Positions 63,143 through 64,000 of a stretch of DNA of 64,000 bases are shown here, one piece after another. A program made the translations under genes and the position numbers. The first letter of the stretch is position 1. Each line of letters begins with the position of its first letter. The notes below the pieces were generated by a model, which saw nothing but the letters and a program-made list of their open reading frames with translations, did no database searches and had not been told where the DNA came from. Source of the DNA: Heptranchias perlo (Eukaryota); the NCBI RefSeq assembly GCF_035084215.1, contig NC_090325.1, positions 186,000,001-186,064,000 of the forward strand. Direction: 5' to 3'.

Positions 63143-63290
63143 GGAGTAGATTTAGACTCTGCGCCATAGTGTAAAACAGGCGATCGTGAATCGGCAGCCT
63201 GTTTTACATCTCTCCCGTCTTTTATTCCCATTGAAGCCAACGATTCGCTGTCACCCATTTTACACTATCGTACAAAGTCAAAATCTACCC
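63143..63290. mobile_element. ~150-bp MITE
   Basis: Left gtagatttagact...atagtgtaaaa pairs with right ttttacactat...agtcaaaatctac. Confidence 0.65.
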
Positions 63291-64000
63291 TAATGAGCTT
63301 AAAAAGATATGAAGAACCTACACGAGTGCATTAAGATGCTGGAGCTAAAGTTGCCTCAAAAATAAATAAAAATGCAAAAGGGCACAGACAACCACAGGAA
63401 GTGGCTTAAGTAGTTAAAAAGGGTGGCAAGGGTACAGGCTGCCTATGACAGTTACTCTACCACTGGTATCTCCTTCCATATAATTCAAGGGTGTCATCAG
63501 TTAAAACCCTTTTAGACACCTTCCAGCCCGCAGCCCATCTCACTTTGACTGAAGGGCAATTCTTCTCCAAGCCTGGAAGTGTCGCTAACGCTTGTAGTGA
63601 GGAAACTGCTCGTCATTCTACTTCAAGTAACGTTTGGAGTGTTTGCACAAAGATATCAAAAACTAACCCAATAAAGAGTTTTTCTTCAGGGCCCTTTACT
63701 CTCGAGGCTGAGACAACAAATGGCCATTTCAAAGCAGTATATCAGCAACTTTGTGCTCTGTGTCCTACACTTCAACTTTCTTGGGTGTTCTAGTAAATTG
63801 GCAATTCCTTCATTAAGTCATAGAAGTGTCCAGGTCAGATATCCCAGGGTGACACAATCTGCATAACGCTGATGGGCGCTCATAGTATTGGCAAAGCTGG
63901 GGTTCCCACTGGGTGGGGGACGGGGCCAGGAAAAGGCAGCTGTGGCCAGCTAACTGCACCAGCCTCATAGATTCAATAGTAACTTTCAAAAGGGAATTGA

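Overview
Eukaryotic, repeat-dense non-coding DNA, not prokaryotic. The repeat mix points to a cartilaginous fish, most likely a shark: CR1 and L2 LINE fragments, a DeuSINE resembling dogfish SacSINE1, a second tRNA-SINE sharing a LINE tail, LF-SINE-like relics and GGG-ended MITEs. I could not identify a host protein-coding exon. Nearly all supplied ORFs are transposon fragments, antisense shadows or repeat-derived. The most notable object is a young, 5'-truncated Penelope-like (Neptune-type) retroelement at 25294-26577. It has an uninterrupted RT-thumb/GIY-YIG frame, a complete minimal hammerhead ribozyme at 26450-26488 and a 10-bp target-site duplication. Its 5' junction is a ~320-bp patchwork of near-exact copies of host DNA from 0.4-1.1 kb upstream, in both orientations, separated by re-copied pieces of the target site. 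There are also three nested LINE insertions, a decayed second hammerhead split by a MITE, and two G-rich minisatellites. Family names come from motif recognition and recalled consensus sequences, not database searches. Boundaries of old repeats are approximate.
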